A stretch of 56,857 nucleotides of DNA from Candidatus Wolfebacteria bacterium RIFOXYD12_FULL_48_21 (GCA_001793945.1 MGIW01000003.1:1-56857), one strand, 5' to 3'; shown: positions 15,743 through 22,528, counted from the stretch's first letter. Notes: generated from the sequence alone by a model not told the origin. A program made the numbers and translations.

Positions 15743-15879
15743 AATCAGCATCTCCTTTTCAATTTTTACTAACTATCTTGCGTGCCGATCATTCTTTTTG
15801 AATGCTCAATTAAGCATTGTGCGCCGGCAAAATAACTATCTTGTTCTGAGCTGATTATATGATATATATATATTGTCAA
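15743..15879 (-). promoter_or_regulatory. L leader copy 3 with (TA)6-spacer promoter
   Basis: TTGACA (15874-15879), 14-nt spacer, TATAAT (15854-15859). Conserved leader core identical to the other copies. Confidence 0.55.
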
Positions 15880-15905
15880 GGGCTTGCAGACATCCACTTT
15901 TACCC

Positions 15906-16025
15906 CTCCTTCTCCCACCATTTGCCGTCTTTTTCGGAAAAGAACCGTATTATTTGTTCTGCGGAATATTCTTTCATGGCTGGCATATTGCCCTTAGTAT
16001 AGGGGATTTTTGCGTTTGGTGCAAA
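15906..16025 (-). repeat. R module copy 5
   Basis: The sORF at 15900-15986 gives the same 28-aa product as copy 1. The flank through the L promoter is also shared with copy 1. Confidence 0.85.
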
Positions 16026-16041
16026 AATACGGGCAATTCGC

Positions 16042-16713
16042 TTATCGCCTCCAAAGCTGCCATTTTGGCCTTTTCTTTTCCTTCTTTTCTTTGCGCTTTT
16101 TTTCTCTCATTTTTAGCGCATTTTCTCTCATTCTCTGCGCATCTTCCCTTATTTTCCTTCTTAGATCGTCTGTATAATATTTATCACTCAAATTATGCGT
16201 CTCCACTTGAAATCCTTTATTTTCGAGCATAATTTTTACCCGCTCGAGATGGTTCACGCCCACAATAAATGCAACATTCCGCACATCACTTTTCTTCCTT
16301 AAATACTCCTCCAGCCCCCGTACGAACGCCTTTTCCCTTTTCTCGGTCGACGGTTTTATCCGTATAGTTAGGAATCTTTGCATTTTTGCATCGACAAAAA
16401 TATGCTTATCGCCATATTTTTCTTCAAGTATTGTTTTCCCGGAATATATATTCTTTTTCCACCGATCGGCTGGGGTTTTATCGTATGCCCCACCCTCCTC
16501 TACCACAAGGTCGGGATTTTCTTCTTCGCATAATTGCAACAATTCATTACGCAACGCTTTCAAAGTTATATCTAATACGCCCAGTAGGTCTTCGGAAAAT
16601 CCCTTGGCGCGCAACTTTTGAATATGCCACTTGATATGCCCGTTTGCTTGCACATAATGAACCAACCCGATCAATCTAATGTGTATTTTTTTGTATTCTA
16701 TTTCCTTTGTCAT
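16042..16713 (-). CDS. Tiki/TraB/GumN-like protein with K/R/E-rich tail (copy 2)
   Basis: 223 aa. IRLIGLVH, PDLVVEEGG and FIVGVNHLERVKIMLENKGFQVE. Paralog of 7644-8285. Confidence 0.45.
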   Translation of the reverse strand: MTKEIEYKKIHIRLIGLVHYVQANGHIKWHIQKLRAKGFSEDLLGVLDITLKALRNELLQLCEEENPDLVVEEGGAYDKTPADRWKKNIYSGKTILEEKYGDKHIFVDAKMQRFLTIRIKPSTEKREKAFVRGLEEYLRKKSDVRNVAFIVGVNHLERVKIMLENKGFQVETHNLSDKYYTDDLRRKIREDAQRMRENALKMREKKRKEKKEKKRPKWQLWRR

Positions 16714-16735
16714 ATTATTTATTCAGTATAAGAAT

Positions 16736-16759
16736 AGGGCTCGCGAAACGCGAGCCCTA
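16736..16759 (-). terminator. intercistronic hairpin (copy of 8306-8331)
   Basis: AGGGCTCGCG-TTTC-GCGAGCCCT. The downstream T-run is weaker than in copy 1. Confidence 0.4.
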
Positions 16760-16777
16760 TTGGAATCAATGCGGCGA

Positions 16778-16930
16778 TCAATCGTCTTCGCCCGGCACAT
16801 TTCCTGAGGTATCCGAGTTATCCTCAGGAGAACCCCCGGCCTCCTTCCACGCCGCTTCTTCCGCCTGATCGTCAGTCGCATCAGGATACCCCTCGTCGTC
16901 ATCCCCAAAAATGAAGTCGAACAATCCCAT
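16778..16930 (-). CDS. 50-aa highly acidic peptide (copy 2), not in the ORF track in this frame
   Basis: AGAGGTG then ATG. Product: MGLFDFIFGDDDEGYPDATDDQAEEAAWKEAGGSPEDNSDTSGNVPGEDD. The listed 16723-16956 ORF is a different frame. Confidence 0.6.
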   Translation of the reverse strand: MGLFDFIFGDDDEGYPDATDDQAEEAAWKEAGGSPEDNSDTSGNVPGEDD

Positions 16931-17065
16931 AGTAGCACCTCTTTTGTGTTAAGCATCTTACGGGCCGATCATTCTTTTTGAATGCTCAATTAAGCATTGT
17001 GCGCCGGCAAAATAACTATCTTGTTCTGAGCTGATTATATGATATATATATATAGCTCTTGTCAA
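16931..17065 (-). promoter_or_regulatory. L leader copy 4 with 20-nt TA-rich spacer promoter
   Basis: TTGACA (17060-17065), 20-nt spacer, TATAAT (17034-17039). The 5' part matches L3 and the 3' part matches L1. Confidence 0.55.
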
Positions 17066-17090
17066 TACCCTTACCAGCGCGCTTTTACCC

Positions 17091-17210
17091 CTCCTTCTCC
17101 CACCATTTGCCGTCTTTTTCGGAAAAGAACCGTATTATTTGTTCTGCGGAATATTCTTTCATGGCTGGCATAGTGCCCTTAGTATAGGGGATTTTTGCGT
17201 TTGGTGCAAA
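17091..17210 (-). repeat. R module copy 6
   Basis: The sORF at 17085-17171 gives the 28-aa product. Directly preceded by a terminator, as in copy 1. Confidence 0.85.
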
Positions 17211-17212
17211 AA

Positions 17213-17230
17213 AGAGGCGCTTGCGCCTCT
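17213..17230 (-). terminator. terminator (copy of 20414-20433)
   Basis: AGAGGCG-CAAG-CGCCTCT followed by TTTTTT on the minus strand. Follows the truncated response regulator. Confidence 0.6.
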
Positions 17231-17237
17231 TTTGTTT

Positions 17238-17489
17238 TTACCCTTTCATTAACGCTTGCCGGATCTTTTTTACCACTTCTTCGAGGTCGGTGCCTTTTTC
17301 CATAAAATCTACTGCGCCGAGCTCTTTTGCGAGTGCGTCCCTGTCTTTGAACACGGGCCATGGATTGCTCATGCTCGTGAAAAATATTACCTTTACATTT
17401 TTCATCTCCGGTATATCGCGTAACTCGATAAGATACTCCGTGCCATTCATGCCGGGCATGTTTATGTCGAGCAAAAGCAGGTACGCCAT
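17238..17489 (-). pseudogene. 5'-truncated duplicate of response regulator 20441-20833
   Basis: 17205-17482 is essentially identical to 20406-20685. It encodes only from LLLLDINMPG onward and lacks the N-terminal acidic pocket. A new ATG lies at the junction. Confidence 0.7.
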
Positions 17490-17563
17490 CGTATTGAGCT
17501 TTTAAACTGCATTGTGCTATTCTGAGCCTAACAGATGTCAATTCCCTATATAGATACTCGTAA

Positions 17564-17707
17564 ATATTTAAAGAACGCGCGAAGCTGCCCAATAAGAACG
17601 GCGAAGCCTATGAGTTCATGCTGGTCAAAGGTGACTTCGACATAGACTCGATACTATGGACACCAATGGAAGAGGCGGCAATAGCCCTCGCATACCCGCA
17701 AGAGTAG
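17564..17707 (+). pseudogene. Nudix-domain C-terminal remnant
   Basis: The open frame without a start codon reads ...NKNGEAYEFMLVKGDFDIDSILWTPMEEAAIALAYPQE. It parallels GGFDIDSILWLTIGDIVSTLTYPQE at the end of the GT4::Nudix protein. Confidence 0.55.
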
Positions 17708-17747
17708 AATCCAGTTAGGCAAATCATATTTAAGCACTTACTATAAA

Positions 17748-18665
17748 ATGAAGCGGTACCTCCAACAAATCGAAACACTGAAGAACATATTTACTCCCCT
17801 TCAAGGAGAGCATTTCGAGCCGGCAACGGATGGCACCCATTATAAGGTTTTTCTTTCGCATAACTATGTCATCCGGTTCAGAGACGACAACCCAGACCTT
17901 TTGCTACGAGAGGTCGACTTATTAAAACACCTCGAACATCCTTTGATACCAAATGTGCTTTGGGTTGGCAATGTCAATGAATCAATCACTATGGTTGAAA
18001 ATCGCCTCCTTGGGCAAACCGTAAACAAGGTTTGGAAAACTCTTCCGGAAATAAGCAAGGCGACGATCATCGAGGATGTTGTCGGGTTTTTACATTATCT
18101 CAGGACACAACCAGAGCACTCCTACTACTCGATCAATACCGGTAAAACATACACCTCTTATTTGGATTATCTCACTGCCGATGTCGAACAGAAGGTTGCA
18201 ACGATACAAAAATTCGAGCAAGCTAAAGGCCTGTTGCAGGATCTATTGTCGATTATCAAAGAGCCAAAAAACAGTAATTTATTTTCTAACGGAAAGACCG
18301 CACTCATTCACGGAGATCTTATTATTCATAATCTCCTCACTGACGGTGATAAACTAACTGGAGTCCTCGACTGGGAACTGGCGTTGTTCGGCGATCCAGA
18401 TCATGACCTCTTCCGCCTTTTTTATTATCTGGAATGCGCAAAGGCCTACCAAGAGCAAGACACTGACGAATCATTTGAGGCCGATTATATGGACGCATTG
18501 ATCGCGGCAATCAAACGATCTGACATTATAGAAAATGAGCCACTTTTTCAGAAGAAATATAAATTCGTGCGGGCCATCTTTTACCTCAACGCGCTCAACT
18601 GGGCGTCAAATTCAAATAATCCGGAAAAAAATATTGCCGAACTTGTAAATCAGTGGGGTAAATGA
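17748..18665 (+). CDS. APH/choline-kinase-family phosphotransferase (second copy of the family)
   Basis: 305 aa. LIHGDLIIHNLLTDGDKLTGVLDWELALFGDPDHD catalytic region. Confidence 0.75.
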   Translation: MKRYLQQIETLKNIFTPLQGEHFEPATDGTHYKVFLSHNYVIRFRDDNPDLLLREVDLLKHLEHPLIPNVLWVGNVNESITMVENRLLGQTVNKVWKTLPEISKATIIEDVVGFLHYLRTQPEHSYYSINTGKTYTSYLDYLTADVEQKVATIQKFEQAKGLLQDLLSIIKEPKNSNLFSNGKTALIHGDLIIHNLLTDGDKLTGVLDWELALFGDPDHDLFRLFYYLECAKAYQEQDTDESFEADYMDALIAAIKRSDIIENEPLFQKKYKFVRAIFYLNALNWASNSNNPEKNIAELVNQWGK

Positions 18666-18722
18666 TATTTCGCTCCGAACCTTTCTTGATTACATAGCAA
18701 TTCGAACTTGCGCAATAAAAAT

Positions 18723-18750
18723 GGGGTTAGGCGCCGAAACGCCTAACCCC
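18723..18750 (-). terminator. rho-independent terminator after precursor B
   Basis: GGGGTTAGGCG-TTTCGG-CGCCTAACCCC followed by ATTTTTATT on the minus strand. Confidence 0.75.
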
Positions 18751-18763
18751 AACCGGGCTGCTG

Positions 18764-18859
18764 TCATTTGCAGCCCGTTCTCTTGCCGCCAGACAGATTT
18801 CCCGAAGCCATCGGGGAAACCTCGGTAATTTCAATCTTTTTGATCTCGATCTTTTTCAT
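18764..18859 (-). CDS. 31-aa candidate RiPP precursor (B), not in the ORF track
   Basis: AGGAGGTG followed by three ATGs. The third has ~8-nt spacing. Product: MKKIEIKKIEITEVSPMASGNLSGGKRTGCK. Lies 38 nt after the rSAM stop, with a terminator directly after. Confidence 0.55.
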   Translation of the reverse strand: MKKIEIKKIEITEVSPMASGNLSGGKRTGCK

Positions 18860-18897
18860 CATCATCACCTCCTTCATAGTATGTGATCGATTGTTAC

Positions 18898-20310
18898 CTA
18901 CCTTCCGCTTGAATGGATGTACTCAACAGCAAGCGCTTCCGTAACCGCGCGATAAAAATCGCATAGGTCAGCGAAGAGTCTTTGCCGCCTTTCTCCATCC
19001 GAACGCGCAACGATCTCCCTTGTCACATGACATTGGCCTCCACATGACCCTTCTATTGCGCATCCGGAACAGTAATCGTCAGTCCCAGGAAAGCGACTCT
19101 TGACCAACCCAAGCAGACCGCCTACTACCTCGAATGTTCGTTCAAAGGTATCAATGTGTCCGATCTGTGTAGTCGTATGACCACAGACTTTAATACTGCC
19201 GTCGACATTGAACTCAAGAGTCTTCCCTTCGACGGCAGCACAGAATGCGTGGTTTTCCGTCAACAGACTCCTACTGGTCAAGTTGCGAAAGGCGCTATCC
19301 CATGTACCAAAAAAATCGATGCCTTTATTATTGGCATATTTTTTCAGATGCATAAGCTTCGCTACCCTCTTGGTTACGGGAATATCAACCAAGCCTACAA
19401 GGTCGTAGTCAAACGCTATGGATGTCATACCTCGCTGAGCTGCCAGATCAATCACATCGGTATCGATGAGCTCGAAATTGCCGCCTGTTACCGTGATACT
19501 GAATCCGTCCAGCGGATACCCGATATCAGCCAAGAGATCAAATTTTTCCACGATCCTATTGAATGTACCCGCACCCCCTTTGGAAATACGGATTGCGTCA
19601 TTGGCCTGCGCAGTTCCATCAAGCGAGGTTGCTATGCGCACATGGTACTTCTTAAGCACCTCCGCAATCTCCCTCGTCATAAGCGTAAGATTGGTATTGA
19701 TGGCAAACTCAAAGGTCAAATCGCTCATGCCCTCGCAATACCGAAGGACCTTTTCGATTACCGGCCAGTTAATCAGCGGTTCGGCGTTGCCGAAATGCAT
19801 CTTACCGTGCCTGTTCCCGTATTTTTTCATCAGGCCTGCATACTGGTCGATACACTTCTTGGCCGTCTCCCAGCTCATATTGAGCTGCTTTCGATCCGGA
19901 AGTATACCGACATTACTATCAATAGACGACTGAAAGTGGATACAGTGCGTGCACGCAAAGTTACATGAATCGCTGATCGCAAGCCCCATACGATCAACAG
20001 TCCGCCCACTACTCACTTCCACCAAATGGCTTGCCATCTGGTGGCGCAAAAATTCTTTCTCGTCGAACCCGGGTTCGACGAGAAAGAAGACTTCTGCGAA
20101 CGCGCGAATTGTTTCTCTTGGATCTCCATCGCAAATTTGAGCGATTTCTTCTTTAGAGATAGGCCGCCTAAAGAGATTCAGAAATCGCAAACCCTCATCG
20201 TTAATAATGCGGGGGTTGCCATATAAGGCATGATATGCCATTGCAGACCCCGGCTCCGATCCCGTTACGATGCGGATATTCGGTGACAATTGATATTGTC
20301 GCTTTTCCAT
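18898..20310 (-). CDS. radical SAM/SPASM peptide maturase with N-terminal PqqD/RRE-like domain (B)
   Basis: Start at MEKRQYQ (GAGGAGAGG RBS). The N-terminal ~100 aa look RRE-like (EGLRFLNLFRRPISKEEIAQI). CNFACTHC (CX3CX2C). SPASM cysteines: CAAVEG...VCGH...CSGCAIEGSCGGQC. Confidence 0.75.
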   Translation of the reverse strand: MEKRQYQLSPNIRIVTGSEPGSAMAYHALYGNPRIINDEGLRFLNLFRRPISKEEIAQICDGDPRETIRAFAEVFFLVEPGFDEKEFLRHQMASHLVEVSSGRTVDRMGLAISDSCNFACTHCIHFQSSIDSNVGILPDRKQLNMSWETAKKCIDQYAGLMKKYGNRHGKMHFGNAEPLINWPVIEKVLRYCEGMSDLTFEFAINTNLTLMTREIAEVLKKYHVRIATSLDGTAQANDAIRISKGGAGTFNRIVEKFDLLADIGYPLDGFSITVTGGNFELIDTDVIDLAAQRGMTSIAFDYDLVGLVDIPVTKRVAKLMHLKKYANNKGIDFFGTWDSAFRNLTSRSLLTENHAFCAAVEGKTLEFNVDGSIKVCGHTTTQIGHIDTFERTFEVVGGLLGLVKSRFPGTDDYCSGCAIEGSCGGQCHVTREIVARSDGERRQRLFADLCDFYRAVTEALAVEYIHSSGR

Positions 20311-20359
20311 TGCAACCTCTCCTCTTATTCGGTTAGTAAAGGGCTTCAAAACTGCCAAT

Positions 20360-20388
20360 AGAATACCACTGGTGCATATATGTGTCAA
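20360..20388 (-). promoter_or_regulatory. sigma70-type promoter for rSAM B
   Basis: TTGACA (20383-20388), 17 nt, TATTCT (20360-20365) on the minus strand. Confidence 0.5.
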
Positions 20389-20413
20389 ATTGGTATTAAT
20401 CTTATTGCAAAAA

Positions 20414-20433
20414 AGAGGCGCCTGCGCGCCTCT
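20414..20433 (-). terminator. rho-independent terminator after the response regulators
   Basis: AGAGGCGC-GCAG-GCGCCTCT then TTTTTTGC on the minus strand. Confidence 0.7.
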
Positions 20434-20440
20434 TTTGTTT

Positions 20441-20833
20441 TTACCCTTTCATTAACGCTTGCCGGATCTTTTTTACCACTTCTTCGAGGTCGGTGCCTTT
20501 TTCCATAAAATCTACTGCGCCGAGCTCTTTTGCGAGTGCGTCCCTGTCTTTGAACACGGGCCATGGATTGCTCATGCTCGTGAAAAATATTACCTTTACA
20601 TTTTTCATCTCCGGTATATCGCGTAACTCGATAAGATACTCCGTGCCATTCATGCCGGGCATGTTTATGTCGAGCAAAAGCAGGTCCGGTTTATATGTTT
20701 TTACCGTCTCCAATGCAACCTCCGGGTCGTTGACGGTTTTAATGTCAAAGCCCTCGGCTTGCAATTTCATCGATATGATCGACGATAGATCGAGGTCGTC
20801 GTCTACCATCATGATCCTCGGGGTGGTACTCAT
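20441..20833 (-). CDS. single-domain response regulator (CheY-like receiver)
   Basis: 130 aa. IMMVDDD, LLLLDINMPGMNG (phospho-acceptor Asp), conserved T/K region. No output domain. Confidence 0.85.
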   Translation of the reverse strand: MSTTPRIMMVDDDLDLSSIISMKLQAEGFDIKTVNDPEVALETVKTYKPDLLLLDINMPGMNGTEYLIELRDIPEMKNVKVIFFTSMSNPWPVFKDRDALAKELGAVDFMEKGTDLEEVVKKIRQALMKG

Positions 20834-20845
20834 ATAATGATTATA

Positions 20846-21247
20846 TCACATTCCTGCTTCGGGAGCCGCAATAAGCTCCCTCACCTGTTTTATTAGCTGG
20901 TCAAGATCGACCGCCTTATCGATAAATGCTACTGCTCCCAACTCACTTGCAACACTCTGAAGGTCGCCGCCGCCTTTCCATGGATTGATCATCGACGAGA
21001 AAAATGCGACCTTGATCGCCTTTGCATCGGGATTTTCTTTCAGCTCATTGATGAATTCTATTCCGCTCATGCCCGGCATGTTGATATCGAGCAATACCAG
21101 ATCCGGGTGGATCTCTTCGATCATCCGCAGGCCCATCTGCGGCATATCCGCCACATGCACCGCGAACCCTTCGCTTTCCAGTTTTGTCTTGATGATCGAA
21201 TCGAATTCCCGATCTTCATCCACCAATACCACTAAGTTATGTTCCAT
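20846..21247 (-). CDS. single-domain response regulator (CheY-like receiver)
   Basis: 133 aa. VVLVDED, LVLLDINMPGMSG. No output domain. Confidence 0.85.
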   Translation of the reverse strand: MEHNLVVLVDEDREFDSIIKTKLESEGFAVHVADMPQMGLRMIEEIHPDLVLLDINMPGMSGIEFINELKENPDAKAIKVAFFSSMINPWKGGGDLQSVASELGAVAFIDKAVDLDQLIKQVRELIAAPEAGM

Positions 21248-21253
21248 TGTTTA

Positions 21254-22120
21254 TCAGATTCCGTTAAATAATTTCAATCTCTCCGCAACCTTCTTTTTTA
21301 CCGCTTCGATCGGGTCAAGCAACAGCTTGTACGGCGTTACTTCGTCCGGCTTTTCGCTGAGCGCCCGCTCCATACCCTGCCGCCATGCCAACCGTATTTC
21401 CGTATTGATGTGCACGATCGCAATGCCGTTTTGTATCGCGGCAATAAAGTCTTCGTCGCGAATGCCCGAACCGCCATGCAATACCATCGGCACGCCCGCC
21501 GCAACGCGCAGTTCCGCAATGCGCTCGATGAACAGATTCGGGTTTGGCGCGTCTTTGAACATGCCGTGGATGTTGCCGACCGCGGGCGCCAACAGGTCTA
21601 TGCCCGTTTCCTGCACGAACCGCTTCGCTTCTTCGGGCTTGGTCAGGTCTTCGAGTTTGATCGCCGCTCCTTCTGGCACTTCCTTTAGTATGGTCGAGCT
21701 TGTTCCCAAATATCCCAGCTCCGCTTCCACCAGCACTTCAGGGCGGGTCTTCTTTACCCACTCGACCACTTCCTTTGTTTTTGCGATGTTTTCTTCGAAC
21801 GGCAATTTGCCCGCGTCGAACAGCACCGCGTCAAAGCCCGCATTGACCGCTTCTTGTATCTTTTCCAACGAATGCGTATGGTCGGCATTTATGAATATCG
21901 GGTAGCCATATTGCTCGCGGAGATTACGGACCATGTCGGCGGCGTTTTTTGTGCCGACAAAATCACGCTCCCCTTCGGAAAGGCCGATGATTATCGGCAG
22001 GTTAAGCTCCTTTGCCGCTTCAAAAATACCTTTCAGACCTGCGAGATCGGAAATGTTGAAATGCCCGATGGCAACCTTGCGAAGTTTCGCATCTTCTATG
22101 TATTCACGCAGTGTTTTCAT
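21254..22120 (-). CDS. fba: class II fructose-bisphosphate aldolase
   Basis: 288 aa. AIGHFNISD, FINADHTHS, VLHGGSG and HINTE motifs. Confidence 0.85.
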   Translation of the reverse strand: MKTLREYIEDAKLRKVAIGHFNISDLAGLKGIFEAAKELNLPIIIGLSEGERDFVGTKNAADMVRNLREQYGYPIFINADHTHSLEKIQEAVNAGFDAVLFDAGKLPFEENIAKTKEVVEWVKKTRPEVLVEAELGYLGTSSTILKEVPEGAAIKLEDLTKPEEAKRFVQETGIDLLAPAVGNIHGMFKDAPNPNLFIERIAELRVAAGVPMVLHGGSGIRDEDFIAAIQNGIAIVHINTEIRLAWRQGMERALSEKPDEVTPYKLLLDPIEAVKKKVAERLKLFNGI

Positions 22121-22152
22121 TTGCTATAGTATAGCAAAAAAATCGGCATCCG

Positions 22153-22478
22153 TGGAATGGCATGCGGGGGGGTGCGAGATTGGAGGTAAGAGATGAGAGG
22201 TAAGGAAAAAGAGGGGGTGCTGGATTCCCGTTTTCACGGGAATAACAAAGAGAGAGGCTGGTATGACAATGCGTAAATGCTGGATTCCTCCGCCAGTGGG
22301 CGGACGGGAATGACAAAGAGGGAGTATAGTATGACCCCGTAGAGAAAGTTGCTACTTTCCACGGGGCATGCAATGCGGGGGAAGGAGTGGAGGCGAGAGA
22401 TGCGAGATGAGAAAAAGAGAGCGGGCGGGGCTGGGATACTGCAACACCCCTTGGCGTATCCGGAATCCCGCGTTTTTT
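22153..22478. repeat. mosaic of GGAATGACA-type palindromic units and purine-rich words
   Basis: Units include CTGGATTCCCG-TTTTCAC-GGGAATAACA and CTGGATTCCTCCGCC-AGTG-GGCGGACGGGAATGACA, plus GAGGTAAGAGATGAGAGG words. Confidence 0.7.
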
Positions 22479-22528
22479 GCAAATAAACAAAATTTACAGT
22501 TTTCCTACAATATGCCATTATAATTTAT

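Noticed and set aside
6743-16232. Plus-strand ORFs 6743-7192, 7272-7736, 10907-11383 and 15873-16232 share the peptide LLPPFAVFFGKEPYYLFCGIFFHGWHIALSIGDFCVWCK.
   Set aside because: The shared segment is the antisense reading of the R repeat. These ORFs have no RBS, different and unrelated flanks, and they overlap better-supported minus-strand genes. The conservation comes from the repeat, not from a protein family.
16723-16956. 77-aa ORF in the track, plus the long 8348-8545 start.
   Set aside because: The 77-aa ORF is in the wrong frame relative to the conserved acidic peptide MGLFDFIFGDDDEGY, which is supported by its paralog and an RBS. The 8545 start would translate the conserved L leader, which is not kept in frame in the other copies.
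6658-17033. Assignment of the L leader to a known riboswitch class. I considered fluoride/crcB, guanidine I-III, preQ1, ZTP, PRPP/ykkC subtypes, the NAD-II/pnuC motif and raiA.
   Set aside because: None of the consensus features I remember for these classes is present in the invariant core. I report it as unclassified rather than force a name. An Rfam scan is needed.
17179-17592. 137-aa basic ORF overlapping the truncated response regulator.
   Set aside because: It is an alternative frame of the duplicated receiver fragment and terminator. It has no RBS and an implausible composition.
22104-22518. ORFs of 94-128 aa inside repeat mosaics. Others lie at 31441-31683, 38197-38575, 40276-40697, 47734-47958 and 49663-50041.
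   Set aside because: They are read entirely through GGAATGACA-type palindromic units and word tracts. The same peptide fragments recur wherever the repeat occurs. They have no RBS and typical spurious-ORF composition.
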